Below are positions 47,040 to 59,318 of a stretch of DNA of 64,000 bases, one piece after another. Below the pieces are notes generated by a model. The model was given only the letters and a program-made list of their open reading frames with translations, had not been told where the DNA came from and ran no database searches. Within the stretch, counting starts at the first letter, position 1, and the number at the start of each line of letters is the position of its first letter. A program made the translations under genes and the position numbers. The stretch covers positions 86,616,001 through 86,680,000 of the forward strand of contig OZ076409.1 in NCBI GenBank assembly GCA_964187785.1, written 5' to 3'. This DNA comes from Amphiscolops sp. MND2022 (taxonomy: Eukaryota).

Positions 47040-48902
47040 CAAGTAAACTGTCTCGGTAAAACCTCGATGAGGAGCTTCAAAACTGCTGGAAAATTTGGCA
47101 TCGTTGTGCGGGAAACTTCTTGTCTTTACTTTTTCGGGGGAGGGAGGTTTTTACCTTGCCTTTCACACGGTGCTTCAGACTGTTGGTTGTATACTTTTAA
47201 AATATCTATAGATTTTTCACCTGGTTTCTCTTGTAATTTTGAATGCGATTGCTTATTTATATGAATAATTCGAACAAATCCATTTATTATCCTTTCTTTT
47301 TCATCAATTGTTTATTTGGTTTCACTAGCGAACCTTTTATTAAATGCGCAAGTGGTTGGAAATACAACTTTATTACAAATTCTTTTTCTTGAACATTGAC
47401 TTGTAAATTGATTCTCAAGTTTTTATCTCCCCTGATCTTATTGTACATCGCCCAAAATGTCATTTGTAGCATCATTTATGAAATCTATTTATTGTCAAAA
47501 GTCGAAAAAAGCTCCTTGAACATCAGTTGCACTTTGGTTGCTGCTATTGCACCATCTGTCAAACTAATTTACTCAACTATCAAAATCGGAATCCAATTCT
47601 GTTCGAATTTCATGGTTCGAAATGATACTTTTAAACACAATTTCAAATACTGTATTGCTTCTGTTCACTTTCGCTTTTTATCTAGAGAATTGTACATGTT
47701 CGATATTTGAAAATTTTCGGCACTTTCGCTGACTCGTGATTTTACATTTTGGCATTGGTTGTAATGCCTTTTCACAGTCCTGTGATTCAAAATGACTGGT
47801 ACCAAAGTTCTCTATGCTTTCTGAAGATGCATCTCAACATGAATTTCTAACAGTCATCAAATGCGTTGATGGCTCGGTTTTTGAAACTTCTAGTAAGAGC
47901 TTTGTCAACAATAATTGTCAACAAATGTTTCAAAACAACCTTGAACATTGCAATTCAGCTTGTCAGTCATTCAATTTGACAACCAGAGAAGAAATTTTCA
48001 CACATCGAAGGTGTGAACGAAATGACTGGTCAAGACGTTTATGCTTTTTCTGAATGCTCGGACCATTCTTTGTTGAAGTATTGAGATCATACTTGATTAC
48101 GTACTGAGTATTGTATTGAGAAAATGATTGACGGATAGAAAAATTATCGGGGTCTTGTTTACAAATATTACGATTTTGAACACTGAATATTTAATGCGTT
48201 CCGTTTTTTGTTCACCTATTAGCCGTGGCTCAAACATCCAAAGATATCTGAAACTTTTGTTACGTACTGAGAATTCTTTTCCGGATAATTGACAAAAACA
48301 TTCGAAAGGTATTTTGGTGACTCGTTTACAAATTGTGTATATTTTATAGAGAAATTTTTACGCGTTCGGTTTCTTTGGTACACCTAGTAGTAGATCGAGT
48401 CCACAGACTCGAACGTCAATGCATTTTTTGTGAATATTGAACTTCCAGAAAACCATTCGGGAGACTTGAACTATGAAAACACATTTACAACAACTAAAAC
48501 ACTAAAACAAAATTTTAAGTCACTCAAGTTTTGTAACCAAGACTATAAAAATGTAAAAAAAAACATTTTACAATTACTTATTCCTCGTTCTAGAGTTCGT
48601 TATCGATAATTTTGGTTTTAAGGCTTCATTGATTGTAAGTGAACTCCATGGGTGTTGCAAAATTTCAATTGAAAAAATCTAAAATTGTTATATTTTAACT
48701 CATTTCTTTCCCAACGCAACCTTTCACTTTGGGGTTAAAATTTTTTCGTAGAAGTTGGATTTCATTTGGGTTGCAACCTCGAAAAAAGCTATATACAGTT
48801 TGGGCGAATATCCTGGAATATAGAAATCGATACCTGCTCACTGTTCATTTATTTATTAGAAGCTTTGACTCAAATGCTTTCAGATTCCGTGCTCAACTAA
48901 CG

Positions 48903-49394
48903 ATGGTTGTCAACGTTTTCTTCGATATCACCATTGGAGGCAAAGATGCCGGTCGAATTGTGATGGAGCTCCGTGATGACGTGGTCCCTAAGACTGTGGA
49001 GAACTTCCGAGCTCTGTGCACCGGCGAGAAGGGCTTTGGTTACAGTGGATCCAAGTTCCACCGCATCATTCCCCAGTTCATGTGCCAAGGGGGTGACTTC
49101 ACTGCTGGGAACGGAACCGGAGGAAAGAGCATCTACGGAGCCAAGTTTGCCGATGAGAACTTCCAGCTGAAGCACACTGGCCCCGGAATCCTGTCGATGG
49201 CCAACGCTGGACCCAACACCAACGGGTCTCAGTTCTTCATTTGCACCGAGAAGACTACTTGGCTGGATGGAAAGCACGTGGTCTTTGGCAAGGTCACTGA
49301 TGGCATGGATGTCGTGAGAGCCATGGAAGCGGTCGGATCGAGTGGTGGCAAAACTAGTCAACCTGTTGCAATCAAGAAGTCTGGACAACTCTAG
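48903..49394 (+). CDS. PPIA: Cyclophilin A-like peptidyl-prolyl isomerase, 163 aa, no coding intron
   Basis: [76 protein letters not shown]. True ATG at 48903 after acceptor TTTCAG. Confidence 0.95.
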   Translation: MVVNVFFDITIGGKDAGRIVMELRDDVVPKTVENFRALCTGEKGFGYSGSKFHRIIPQFMCQGGDFTAGNGTGGKSIYGAKFADENFQLKHTGPGILSMANAGPNTNGSQFFICTEKTTWLDGKHVVFGKVTDGMDVVRAMEAVGSSGGKTSQPVAIKKSGQL

Positions 49395-49897
49395 GCAGCT
49401 GACCTGATTCAACTAAACTAACAGTATTTTATGTGTATTTAAGCATGATTCAAACTGCAATACTTTGTGCAGTAGTTGGATATGATTCTTTCGGGAATCG
49501 GTCCTTTAAATGTGACATAGCCTCAAACTCGTAATTCTTTCAACCTGTGAACTGTGTTCAGCACGTACTTATGTTGCAATGAGCCAATGATTGTTGATTT
49601 GTGTTTCATCTATAAATCAACTATATATGAGTACAACGCATTAATTGCATTTGTTCTTGACCGTAGTTTCGAGGAAAGGATGCTAGATCCCGAGGATTTC
49701 AGTGTTCATCTATTCGGTTTAGAATCCTTGATCGCAAGCTTACAGTTTTTCACGTTCGATGCCACCGAAGTTATCGGCTTATTCATTTCACTTTTAATAC
49801 CTTTTCAATCATTCGTACTTGGTCTCTAGTCAAGTTTTTTTTTCGAGATATACCAGGTTCTTTTTTGAGGAATGCTTTTTACTGATCTCTACTCCGC

Positions 49898-51050
49898 GTT
49901 TTTCCTGACATCACTCTTGTCTATTTGGCTAGATACTTAAGCCGGCTTCGCTGTATTTTCCAGCGGAGTGGCAATTCTGGCCTACATCAAAATCGTCAAG
50001 TGGTCGTTTCTCATCGAAACGCCTTCTTGACACAAATGTCTTTTGTATTTGCGCTACTTCAGTTGGTTTTTTGGAGTCTCCAATCGTGTTTGTTTTTCGA
50101 AAATTGGAATTACTCAATGTGCTGTTTTTGAAGCACTTTTTTTCCTGATCTTGACGCTCCCCATTTTTCCTGACATCAGTCGCCTCTATTTGGCTAGATA
50201 CTTAAGCCGGCTTCGCTGTATTTTCCAGCGGAGTGGCAATTCTGGCCTACATCAAAATCGTCAAGTGGTCGTTTCTCATCGAAACGCCTTCTTGACACAA
50301 ATGTCTTTTGTATTTGCGCTACTTCAGTTGGTTTTTTGGAGTCTCCAATCGTGTTTGTTGTTCGAAAATTGGAATTACTCAATGTGCTGTTTTTGAAGCA
50401 CTTTTTTTCCCGATCTCGACGCTCCCCAATTTTCCTGACATCAGTCGCCTCTATTTGGCTAGATACTTAAGCCGGCTTCGCTGTATTTTCCAGCGGAGTG
50501 GCAATTCTAGCCTACATCAAAATCGTCAAGTGGTCGTTTCTCATCGAAACGCTTTCTTGACACAAATGTTTTTTATATTTGCGCTACTTCAGTTGGTTTT
50601 TTTGGAGTCTCCAATCGTGTTTGTTTTTCGAAAATTGGAATTACTCAATGTGCTGTTTTTGAAGCACTTTCTTTCCTGATCTCGACGCTCCCCATTTTTC
50701 CTGACATCAGTCGCTTCTATTTGGCTAGATACTTAAGCCGGCTTCGCTGTATTTTCCAGCGGAGTGGCAATTCTAGCCTACATTAAAATCGTCAAGTGGT
50801 CGTTTCTCATCGAAACGCCTTCTTGACACAAATGTCTTTTGTATTTGCGCTACTTCAGTTGTTTTTTTTGGAGTCTCCAATCGTGTTTGTTTTTCGAAAA
50901 TTGAAATTACTCAATGTGCTGTTTTTGAAGCACTTTTTTTCCTGATCTCGACGCTCCCCATTTTTCCTGACATCAGTCGCCTCTATTTGGCTAGATACTT
51001 AAGCCGGCTTCGCTGTATTTTCCAGCGGAGTGGCAATTCTAGCCTACATC
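49898..51050 (+). repeat. ~265-bp tandem repeat, ~4.4 copies
   Basis: TTGGCTAGATACTTAAGCCGG recurs at ~49925, 50190, 50455, 50720 and 50987. Confidence 0.95.
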
Positions 51051-53199
51051 ATCGTCGTCAGTGTGAACGTAGAACCACGATGACTGACAAAGTCTTGTCT
51101 ATCGTCTCTATTGAAGTGCGTTGTTGAATTGATTTATTCTTCTGTAGGTATAATTTCAGTCTTTTTGGAAAAGCATTCGCCTGTCTTTTGAGGAATGTCC
51201 CATTTTCATTCGACACTTTCAATTCCTTTAGCACATGCTGATTAATATTCTGTTCGACGTTGAATAGTTTTTAACTGTCGGATTTATCTTTCTTGAAACG
51301 GTGCTGTCGAAGAAATGTATCAACAAGACGCCCGCTGACCAGCAGGATATTTTCCGTCCAAACTGTTCAAGCAATGACATATTTTTGAGACTCAAGAGTA
51401 GCCATTACACTATGAAAACGCTTAGAGGTTTGCTGAAAAAAAGTTTTACACTTTTTGAATAATGTTATGTCATTTCAGAAGGAACCACTTTAAGAAGACA
51501 CCAAACACCTATTTTTTTTCGTCAGATTGTGTGTAACCTAACCAATCAAATTTTCTTTAAATTTGCCTGAAGTTGCCAAAAAGGTCAAAAATTGTAGATA
51601 TTTGCTTTTCGAAAACTTTGCGGTCATTTGAGGAACTTCTATAAGAAACTGTAGATTTCTTTTCAAAAGCGCCTTTTGGATAACGGGTCCATTCATTCTT
51701 GAATTACAAAATTGCTCGAAATAATTACATAAAAGTATATATCAACATTTCAAAACCAAAAAGGATTTTCGCCAAAGTTCAAATCATTCTGACGAACTTT
51801 TTGCATACACAATTGTAGATTTCTTATTTGAACATTCTGCATGCCTACTCGAAAAATTTAGACTTTTAGAATATTACGAAATTTTGGTAACTGTCAAAAG
51901 AAATTCACCAATTTGTCAAACAACTGCCAAAACTTTTCGACAATTTTGGGTCATTTTGAGGCTCTTGTGTAACGTGAAACTGCAATTCACCTGCAAAAAA
52001 CCTACTGATCAACGCATTCGTTCGCTTTTGAGGGTTTTTCTTCTTCCAACGATGGAAACTCCTCAAAAAATTCGGAACTTTGAATAAGAAACGTTGAATT
52101 TAGACTTTTTATATAGGACTAATCAGGGCCACTTTTGAAGTACTTCTCTCTTCAAAATTGCATACTGCATAGCTAGTTTCATCGTTTTTGAGTGTTTTGA
52201 ATTTCCTTGGTCACAAATTTTCAAAAATTGAACACAAACTGCAGGAAAAACGACAAACTTGAAAAATTTCTGATGTAGAACACTGTAATTTTCTCATCAG
52301 AAAGGAAACTACATACCTCATTCTATCACCTCGGAGTGTTTTGAACCATCTAACTTACCAATATTCTCAAAAATGATACTCAATTAACATGGAGAACCTA
52401 CATAAACTGGAATTTTTAGGTCTTTTCGACAATTTTTGTGTCAAATTAAAGCTCAATTTTTTATCAGAAACTGGCACATATCCCATCAAAAAGCCTACAG
52501 GAGAACGCCTTCAGTTGTTGTTGAAACGTTTCAGAGTTTTCATCCATGAAAAGGTTGAAGTTTTTACAAAAGTTGCGTTGGAAAATGAAAAAATGTAAAA
52601 AACGTAAGATTTGTTGACTATTTCGTGGTCCTTGTTGCAATTTTATTTTTACAAAACTGCATTCATCTCCGCAAACAATCCTATTGGACAACGAAATCAT
52701 TCGCTGTTGATCGTATTCAACGTTTCGATCCACGAAATCTCCAGAAATTTGACAAAAGTTGCATAAAAACGGTAAAAATTGGAATATTTTGCAGTTTTTA
52801 CTATTTTCGGGTCATTCTGGGGTCTTCTGGGTCAACCAAAAAAGTCCAAAAATCTCCACAAATACATACCGCATGATGCTAATTTTACATCAGCTGAATT
52901 GTATGGGTGAAACCCTTTAGCTTTGATATAAATAAATTCTTGGCTAATTTTGTAAAAAAACCCGTTTGATTTAAATATTTTCCTTTTTCATTTGAAATTG
53001 GACGGAAAATATCAAATGCTTGTTGAATGCTAGTCGCATATATATGCCTTGAATACCAACTATTCCAAAACGAAATCTACAAAAACACGAGACTTGTAAT
53101 TTTTGCCATAGTGTCTTTTTGATGCTCTAAATTGGCCACTCCTGATTTTGTCACGACTTTCATTTTTGCTGCAAATGATGAATTTTTGGTTGATAGCTT

Positions 53200-53688
53200 T
53201 TAGTAGGCGCTTTATTGAAAATGAAACGTAACTATTATAGTGGCTTTTGGTCGTTTTTTAATTGACAAGAGTTGACCAAAACAGTTCTAGAAAATTTTGA
53301 AATGTACCATATGGCCCAGCGAACTGAACTATATTAGTTTCCTTTTTCTGATATAAACAAAATATCCAAATTTTTGACGTTATATCCGAAGTAAATTGCG
53401 TTATACTAGGGAGGGGGCTGAGGTTCGAATCTTTCGATGTTTCGTTTCTTCCAAAATCTTAAAAAAGCACACTATATCTTAATTGTTGACGTTATATCCG
53501 AAATAATGGATGTTTTTGGTCGGAAAAGTATCAGAAAAACTTTGGTTTTTTGATATTTCTGGTGAGAATAAAAACCAAAAAGCACTTTCAGGCCCAAAAT
53601 GGTCCCCCTTTGTTTTTTTGGTACTGTTAAGTACTTTTGTTTTGTGAGCCTTAAGCGGGGCGCGGACTTGTGCCGTTCCTGGCTTGTT
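53200..53688 (-). mobile_element. Helentron-associated (HINE/DINE-like) non-autonomous element
   Basis: Ends homologous to 56046-56428: TTAGTAGGCGC.. and ..GCGCGGACTTGTGCCGTTCCTGGCTTGTT. Confidence 0.45.
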
Positions 53689-54000
53689 CGTGTTTGTGCT
53701 GGTTCGAGAAACATCACGATTGCTTATGTTCATTCGACAAGCTTTCAAGTTTCATGCGCAGTGTGGCCAGCTTCGATGTTGACCAAAATCGATAATACCA
53801 AGTTTCTAACAGCCAGAATTAATCATTGATTTAGAAGTCATCCAACAACGCGCAGTGTGTAAAATACTTTCTACAACTTGTTTTGGACACGCTTTTCAAA
53901 GTTGATTCAGTTTCTTTTATCGCGGTTGTGTATCGCTGGTACTATACGTCAACATTCGTAGTACTATACGTCAACATACAGATTTGTCAAACATTCAAAA

Positions 54001-54924
54001 ATGACTACTATGTGTTTCTTCGACATTGCCATCGGCAATACTCCTGTAGGCAGAATAGTTTTTGAATTGAATGCCAATATAGTTCCCAAAACAGTGGAAA
54101 ACTTCCGCGCCCTTTGTACCGGTGAAAAGGGTTACGGTTACCGGGGCTCTAAGTTCCATAGAGTCATCCCCGAATTCATGTGCCAAGGCGGAGATTTCAC
54201 CATGGGAGACGGAACTGGTGGCAAGAGTATCTACGGTGAGAAGTTCGCTGATGAGAATTTCACCCTGAAGCACACTGGCCCCGGTATTCTTTCAATGGCC
54301 AATGCAGGACCCAACACCAATGGGTCGCAGTTCTTCATCTGCACCAAAGCTACACCTCATCTTGGTTAGTTTACAGTAATTGGTCTTGATTAAGGTCTTT
54401 TAATTGGACCCTTATATAATTAGTTTTCTGTAAACAAACCATATTATCGTCATTAGTGGATGGATTAGTCTGTCAATATTACAAAATTGCAAAAGTGCGT
54501 CTGTGAGACGTCTAATTGTGCAAAAATTTGCTCCTATATCAAAATTTAGAAGTAAATACAAGTTGAAAGTGATATTACAAAGCTCCAAAATTACTTGCAA
54601 AACTGATTCTGAAGTGTTGTCACAAATTTAATATTTGATCTAGCGTTTTTTGATTACCTTCAAAATCATTCGGGTTTCGAGCTAATTTATTTTCAGTCCA
54701 AATCATTAATTACAATCTGGGGTCCATTCATTTATTACAGTATGGTAGTTTGCATGACAGTAATTCACTCGCCCATTATGAATGTTTCAGATGGCCACCA
54801 CGTTGTGTTCGGACGAGTTCATCCTGAAACTTACGACGTGGTCAAGAAGATGGAGCGATGCGGCTCTCGCAGCGGCAAGACCTCACAACCAATTGTAATA
54901 GTCGATTGTGGACAGTTGCAATGA
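54001..54924 (+). CDS. Divergent cyclophilin (PPIase), 2 exons: 54001-54364 and 54791-54924
   Basis: Exon 1 ends TPHL-G|GTTAGT; acceptor TTTCAG|AT completes D, then [20 protein letters not shown] at 54971. Confidence 0.92.
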
Positions 54925-55096
54925 ATATCTCATTCAATACATTCTTATACATTTTCATCTGTGATTTGTCAATAAATTGTTGAAACCGAGTTTCTTATCG
55001 TTAACCTCTCTTGGCAAACATTTCATTTAATGAAACACACTTTAGCAAAGAGCGAACTTGTTTTCAGATTTGAGTGTTTGAAACTCCCTTAGAACA

Positions 55097-55588
55097 ATGG
55101 TTGTCAACGTTTTCTTCGATATCACCATTGGAGGCAAAGATGCCGGTCGAATTGTGATGGAGCTCCGTGATGACGTGGTCCCTAAGACTGTGGAGAACTT
55201 CCGAGCTCTGTGCACCGGCGAGAAGGGCTTTGGTTACAGTGGATCCAAGTTCCACCGCATCATTCCCCAATTCATGTGCCAAGGGGGTGACTTCACTGCT
55301 GGGAACGGAACCGGAGGAAAGAGCATCTACGGAGCCAAGTTTGCCGATGAGAACTTCCAGCTGAAGCACACTGGCCCCGGAATCCTGTCGATGGCCAACG
55401 CTGGACCCAACACCAACGGGTCTCAGTTCTTCATCTGCACCGAGAAGACTACTTGGCTGGATGGAAAGCACGTGGTCTTTGGCAAGGTCACTGATGGCAT
55501 GGATGTCGTGAGAGCCATGGAAAAGGTCGGCTCTCGAGATGGCAAGACCAGCCAGCCTGTCGCGATCAAGAAGTCTGGGCAGCTCTGA
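55097..55588 (+). CDS. PPIA: Cyclophilin A-like peptidyl-prolyl isomerase, 163 aa (paralog of 48903-49394)
   Basis: Full cyclophilin motif set; protein differs from the first copy only near the C-terminus. Confidence 0.95.
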   Translation: MVVNVFFDITIGGKDAGRIVMELRDDVVPKTVENFRALCTGEKGFGYSGSKFHRIIPQFMCQGGDFTAGNGTGGKSIYGAKFADENFQLKHTGPGILSMANAGPNTNGSQFFICTEKTTWLDGKHVVFGKVTDGMDVVRAMEKVGSRDGKTSQPVAIKKSGQL

Positions 55589-56045
55589 ACTCGCCTTGAA
55601 CATATGAGCAAGCTTCTTTTGGGCTGCTTAGTTTTGCATGTTATTCAAGCGAGAACTTCTCCAATCGTTCCTCCTTTGATGTGATTTGTCCAATATTGTC
55701 ATCTTAAATTGTGCAGTTAATTTTGGTATTTATTCATTGTGTTGCGTTTATGCAATGTTGATGAATTGAAAACCCTTTTATTTCCCATCAAAGTTTCACA
55801 TTTACGAGAAAATGTCGGATGTATATCGTTGCCGGAAAGAGCTGTAATCAGTAGTTGTTTATGTAACAAGATGTTCTGGCCATATATGGGAATTGAACAA
55901 TAAAAATGGAACAATGACCCGCAAATTCCAGGATAAAGATATAATTTTGTGCGAGATCGCTTTAGGAATATTGTTTTCGATGCCGTTTCTAAGCGGCGCT
56001 TTTCTTAGAGTCGACTATAGTCATGGCTTTGTGTCTGTTTTTTTT

Positions 56046-56428
56046 TTAGTTGGCGCCTTTTCCCTTAAGAAAAAAAGCCCGACTATTATAGTGGGTAGTT
56101 ATTTTTCAGCCTACAATCTCACTCTGAATGGTCCACTTTTCTTACAATTTTCACAATTCTTAGCTTACGAAGTAGTACTTTTACACCATCTAAGAAACTC
56201 AACGGGGTCAAAGGGTACTCCCTTAGAGTATTTTCGGCTCTGTGAGACTTTGTTTTCGAAAAAAAAATCACCAAAGGGTTCCCTTTCAGTTTTTCGGTAT
56301 TGTGAGGCTTTTTTTCAATTTTTTTTCATAAAAGGGTCCCCAATGCACCATTACTTTGACATTTTGAAGTCCTTTTGCTATTTTTGAGCCTTAGATATGG
56401 CGCCGACTTGGGCCGTTCCTTGCTTGTT
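56046..56428 (-). mobile_element. Helentron-associated (HINE/DINE-like) non-autonomous element
   Basis: Asymmetric sub-terminal IR AGTTGGCGCC (56048) / GGCGCCGACT (56399); ACAAG terminus on the minus strand; T-rich flanks, no TSD. Confidence 0.5.
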
Positions 56429-56493
56429 TTTCAATACATCTGATCTGTCAAATAGTTCTACCAAAAGTTCAACTTTTCAAGTAACTTCTCACT

Positions 56494-56566
56494 GCCACTT
56501 GGCCTAGTGGTTAACGCGGATTTTGTCCTGGTGGCGGGAGTACGTGGGTTTGAGTCTCGCACTAAA
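56494..56566 (+). repeat. Degenerate tRNA-like head (Pol III A/B boxes)
   Basis: TGGCCTAGTGG ... GGTTTGAGTC; does not fold into a full cloverleaf. Confidence 0.4.
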
Positions 56567-57346
56567 CCATTTTTTGTTGCAAAAGTACGGGGAAACCAAT
56601 GGGTCCCCCTTTAGAATTGACACTGCGACTTCTAAAATTTCAATCGAAGCGATCTGATTTTTATCCCTCTTTTGATGTTTAGCAGGAACAAAGCGTTTTG
56701 GGAGAGTAGAGGGCCTTATTTCGTTTTTTTTTCGACATAAAGCGACTACAGAAGATTTTGAAAATTTCGTGGCAAAATTTATGGTTTTTTTGAGGATAAC
56801 ACCTTTTCGGAGACCCAAAAGGTGACCACGTTAACAATTTTTTGGTCCTGTGGAACGGATGAGTTTTCTCAATGATTTTGGAAATGAACTACGGTTTTTT
56901 CGGCACTGTGCTACTTTTTCTCAAAAATAATTTTGGGCAAAGTGTACCCCCTTATCTTTCATAAATGTTTCCGGTTTGAAAAAAGCGTTTGCCCTTTTGG
57001 GCACTGAGACTTATTCCCGAAAGGAGTCAGAAACCGATTGAAATATTGGAAAACAAGGCCCGTCATTTTTTATCGGCGGATTCTTTTCAAGATTTTTAGA
57101 CTAATTTTGGCTATGTTTTTCAGATCCGTCATACTATTCTGATGTCATTGCACACATAGAACCCTAAAATGGTGTAGAATGACTAAGAAATTTCGTTCGA
57201 ATCGTATGGGCAGTTTTTGAGAAAATTGAAAATAAAAATGGCCGTTTTATCAGATCCGGTTATACGATTTTGATGCTATTGCGCACACAGCAGCACCTTT
57301 GGATGTAAAATGGTTGTGCCAAATTCCAAAAATCGTATGGATGTTT

Positions 57347-57634
57347 TTGCACATGACGAAGTCAATGTGCATTGCAGTCCAGCTAAGAAAGTTTTTTTTT
57401 CCACAATAGTCAACTTCATAATGAGCGCCTTTTAGACGAAAGCCAAAACCCCTGAGAGATTCGAACCTGCAGCCTCCCGATTGCACGGCATAAGTGTTGA
57501 CCACTGTGCCATAGGGACGTTATTGAACAAAGTTGAACTGTTGAATATATACGCATGCGATTTAAATAATATATATACGCATATTAAAATAATGTCTTCG
57601 TCATGTGTTGCGAAGCACCGCTTCGCCTCTGTGT
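57347..57634 (-). mobile_element. Interspersed repeat containing a tRNA-derived head (57447-57518)
   Basis: Minus strand GTCCCTA TGGCACAGTGG ... GGTTCGAATC ... CAGGGG; anticodon stem unpaired; second copy at 63744-64000. Confidence 0.75.
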
Positions 57635-58002
57635 GAGAAATTAGAACTTTTCATTGAAAGAACAGGAGGAAAATAGCAATAGTGCATAAGTCGAAATTTG
57701 TAAAAGTGGATCATTCAGTGTGTGTCATCTGACAAAAAAACTTGCCACTGTAACAGCTGGGATCATTTTCTAAAATGCGCTGACTAAAAATTACAGGGTG
57801 AAATTTGAAGTAAAAGACGCATCAATGCAAAAGCTGCAATGCTTTCGAAGGCGATACATATTTATGCCCAAATTGACGACTGACTGCCCAGTATGCGGAA
57901 AAGATAGATATGTATAGGAATGTGCAAGCACATAAAACAGCCCTGCCGGATGTCAATGAGTTTCACGCATCATTATTAACGTCTGTATTTGGTCCTCTGG
58001 TA

Positions 58003-59318
58003 TTTTTAGTCGCCGCATTTCAACAAAATGAGCGCGTCTGTTACAGTGGCAAGTTATTTTCGTCAGATAACAATTATGCGCAGTGGACACTTTTCACAGA
58101 ACTACTAAACTACTGGACCGGCAAGCGGAATCGCATGTAAGTTAGTGCAAAGGGTCACCTCTTTTCGCTTTCCTATATGCTTTTTGCGTTTCGTAATTTT
58201 TTATTGATTGGGAAAAAAATCGTCATTTGAGGACGAAATCACTGTCGAGGTTGAATATATAACGAACCGAAAGTTCGGCATTATTACACTTGCGATAAGC
58301 AAGTGTTATGGGAAAGTGTGGGTGCTTTTTTTTCCGCGCGACAACTCTCTAATTTCACGCGGCAACTCGCACGTTTCACGCGTTCGTGGTCTAGTGGTAA
58401 GATGCTTGCTTTTCAACCCAGAGGTTTCGTGTTCGAACCCGTGGGTATGCGCTAATTTTTTTACAAGTATTCCGAAGCAGAAGGTTCTGACTTTTTTCGG
58501 CACTATGTGACTTTTCGGCTTTGTGAGACTTTTTTTCGGCTTTGTGAGACTTTTTTTCGAAATTTTTTAAATGTCCCCAAAGAGTCCTCCTTTCAATTTT
58601 TTGATATTTTGCAAGAGACCGAATGTTAAAAAATCCCAAAGGGTCCCTTTTTTCAGAATTTTCGGCACTATGAGACTGTTCAAAATTCTAATTTTTTTTC
58701 AAAAGTTTTTTAGACTCCCTTATTTTTTTCAAAAATTTTTTAATGTCCCCAAAGCGTCCTCCTTTCAATTTTTTGATATCTTGCTACAGAACGAATGTTA
58801 TAAAATCCTAAAGGGTCCCTTTTTCACATTTTTCGGCACTATGCGACTTAGCGGAAACTTCAAAAAAAACTCGAAAAAAATCGGAAAATTTTTTCTCAAT
58901 TTTTAGTTTTAAAAGACCGTTTTTTTAAAGACCGATCTTTTTTCTATGCGACTTTTTTAAAATTTGTTTTCACCGAAGCCCCTGCTCAATTTTTACAAAA
59001 AACGAAACGTTTTGCGAGAGGACTCCTCAAGGCTTTGCGACTTACCGGAGACCATCAAGAATGTTTTCGAAAAATTTTGAAATTTTTTTCTATTTTCTGT
59101 TTAAGGTTTTCCGTTGAGAAAGAATGGGTTTTTTGCTGTTTTCAGTTGGGGAAGAATGGTTTTCGAGGCTTACGCGTATCCCTTCGGGTATTTTTTGGCG
59201 CTGTAAAATTGATGAAATTTTAATCTCCTTTTACCCTTGGTTTTCCGTATGATATTGCTTATTTGGTTTTCTTCAAAAGTTCGCAAGTGTTTGCGAAGCA
59301 CGGCTTCGCCTCTGTGTT
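58003..59318. mobile_element. HINE-like composite repeat with tRNA-like segment (58380-58452) and internal subrepeats
   Basis: TTTTTAGTCGCCGC end; TGGTCTAGTGG / GTTCGAACC boxes; repeated TTCGGCACTATG(T/A/C)GACT; GCGAAGCACGGCTTCGCCTCTGTG hairpin end shared with 57610-57634. Confidence 0.5.

Noticed and set aside
47040..48060. Decayed minus-strand coding region
   Set aside because: Coding-like composition but many stops and no motif I can assign.
51340..53015. Old MITE bounded by GATATTTTCCGTCCAA / TTGGACGGAAAATATC
   Set aside because: A 16-bp inverted match exists, but termini and TSD could not be defined.
48897..55603. Antisense ORFs 48897..49412 and 55064..55603, and the TTG-start extension at 48729
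   Set aside because: Shadow frames of codon-biased cyclophilin CDSs; the extension runs through a splice acceptor region.
57447..58452. Functional tRNA genes (TGC- and TTC-like loops)
   Set aside because: Anticodon stems do not pair, and the segments sit inside dispersed repeats.
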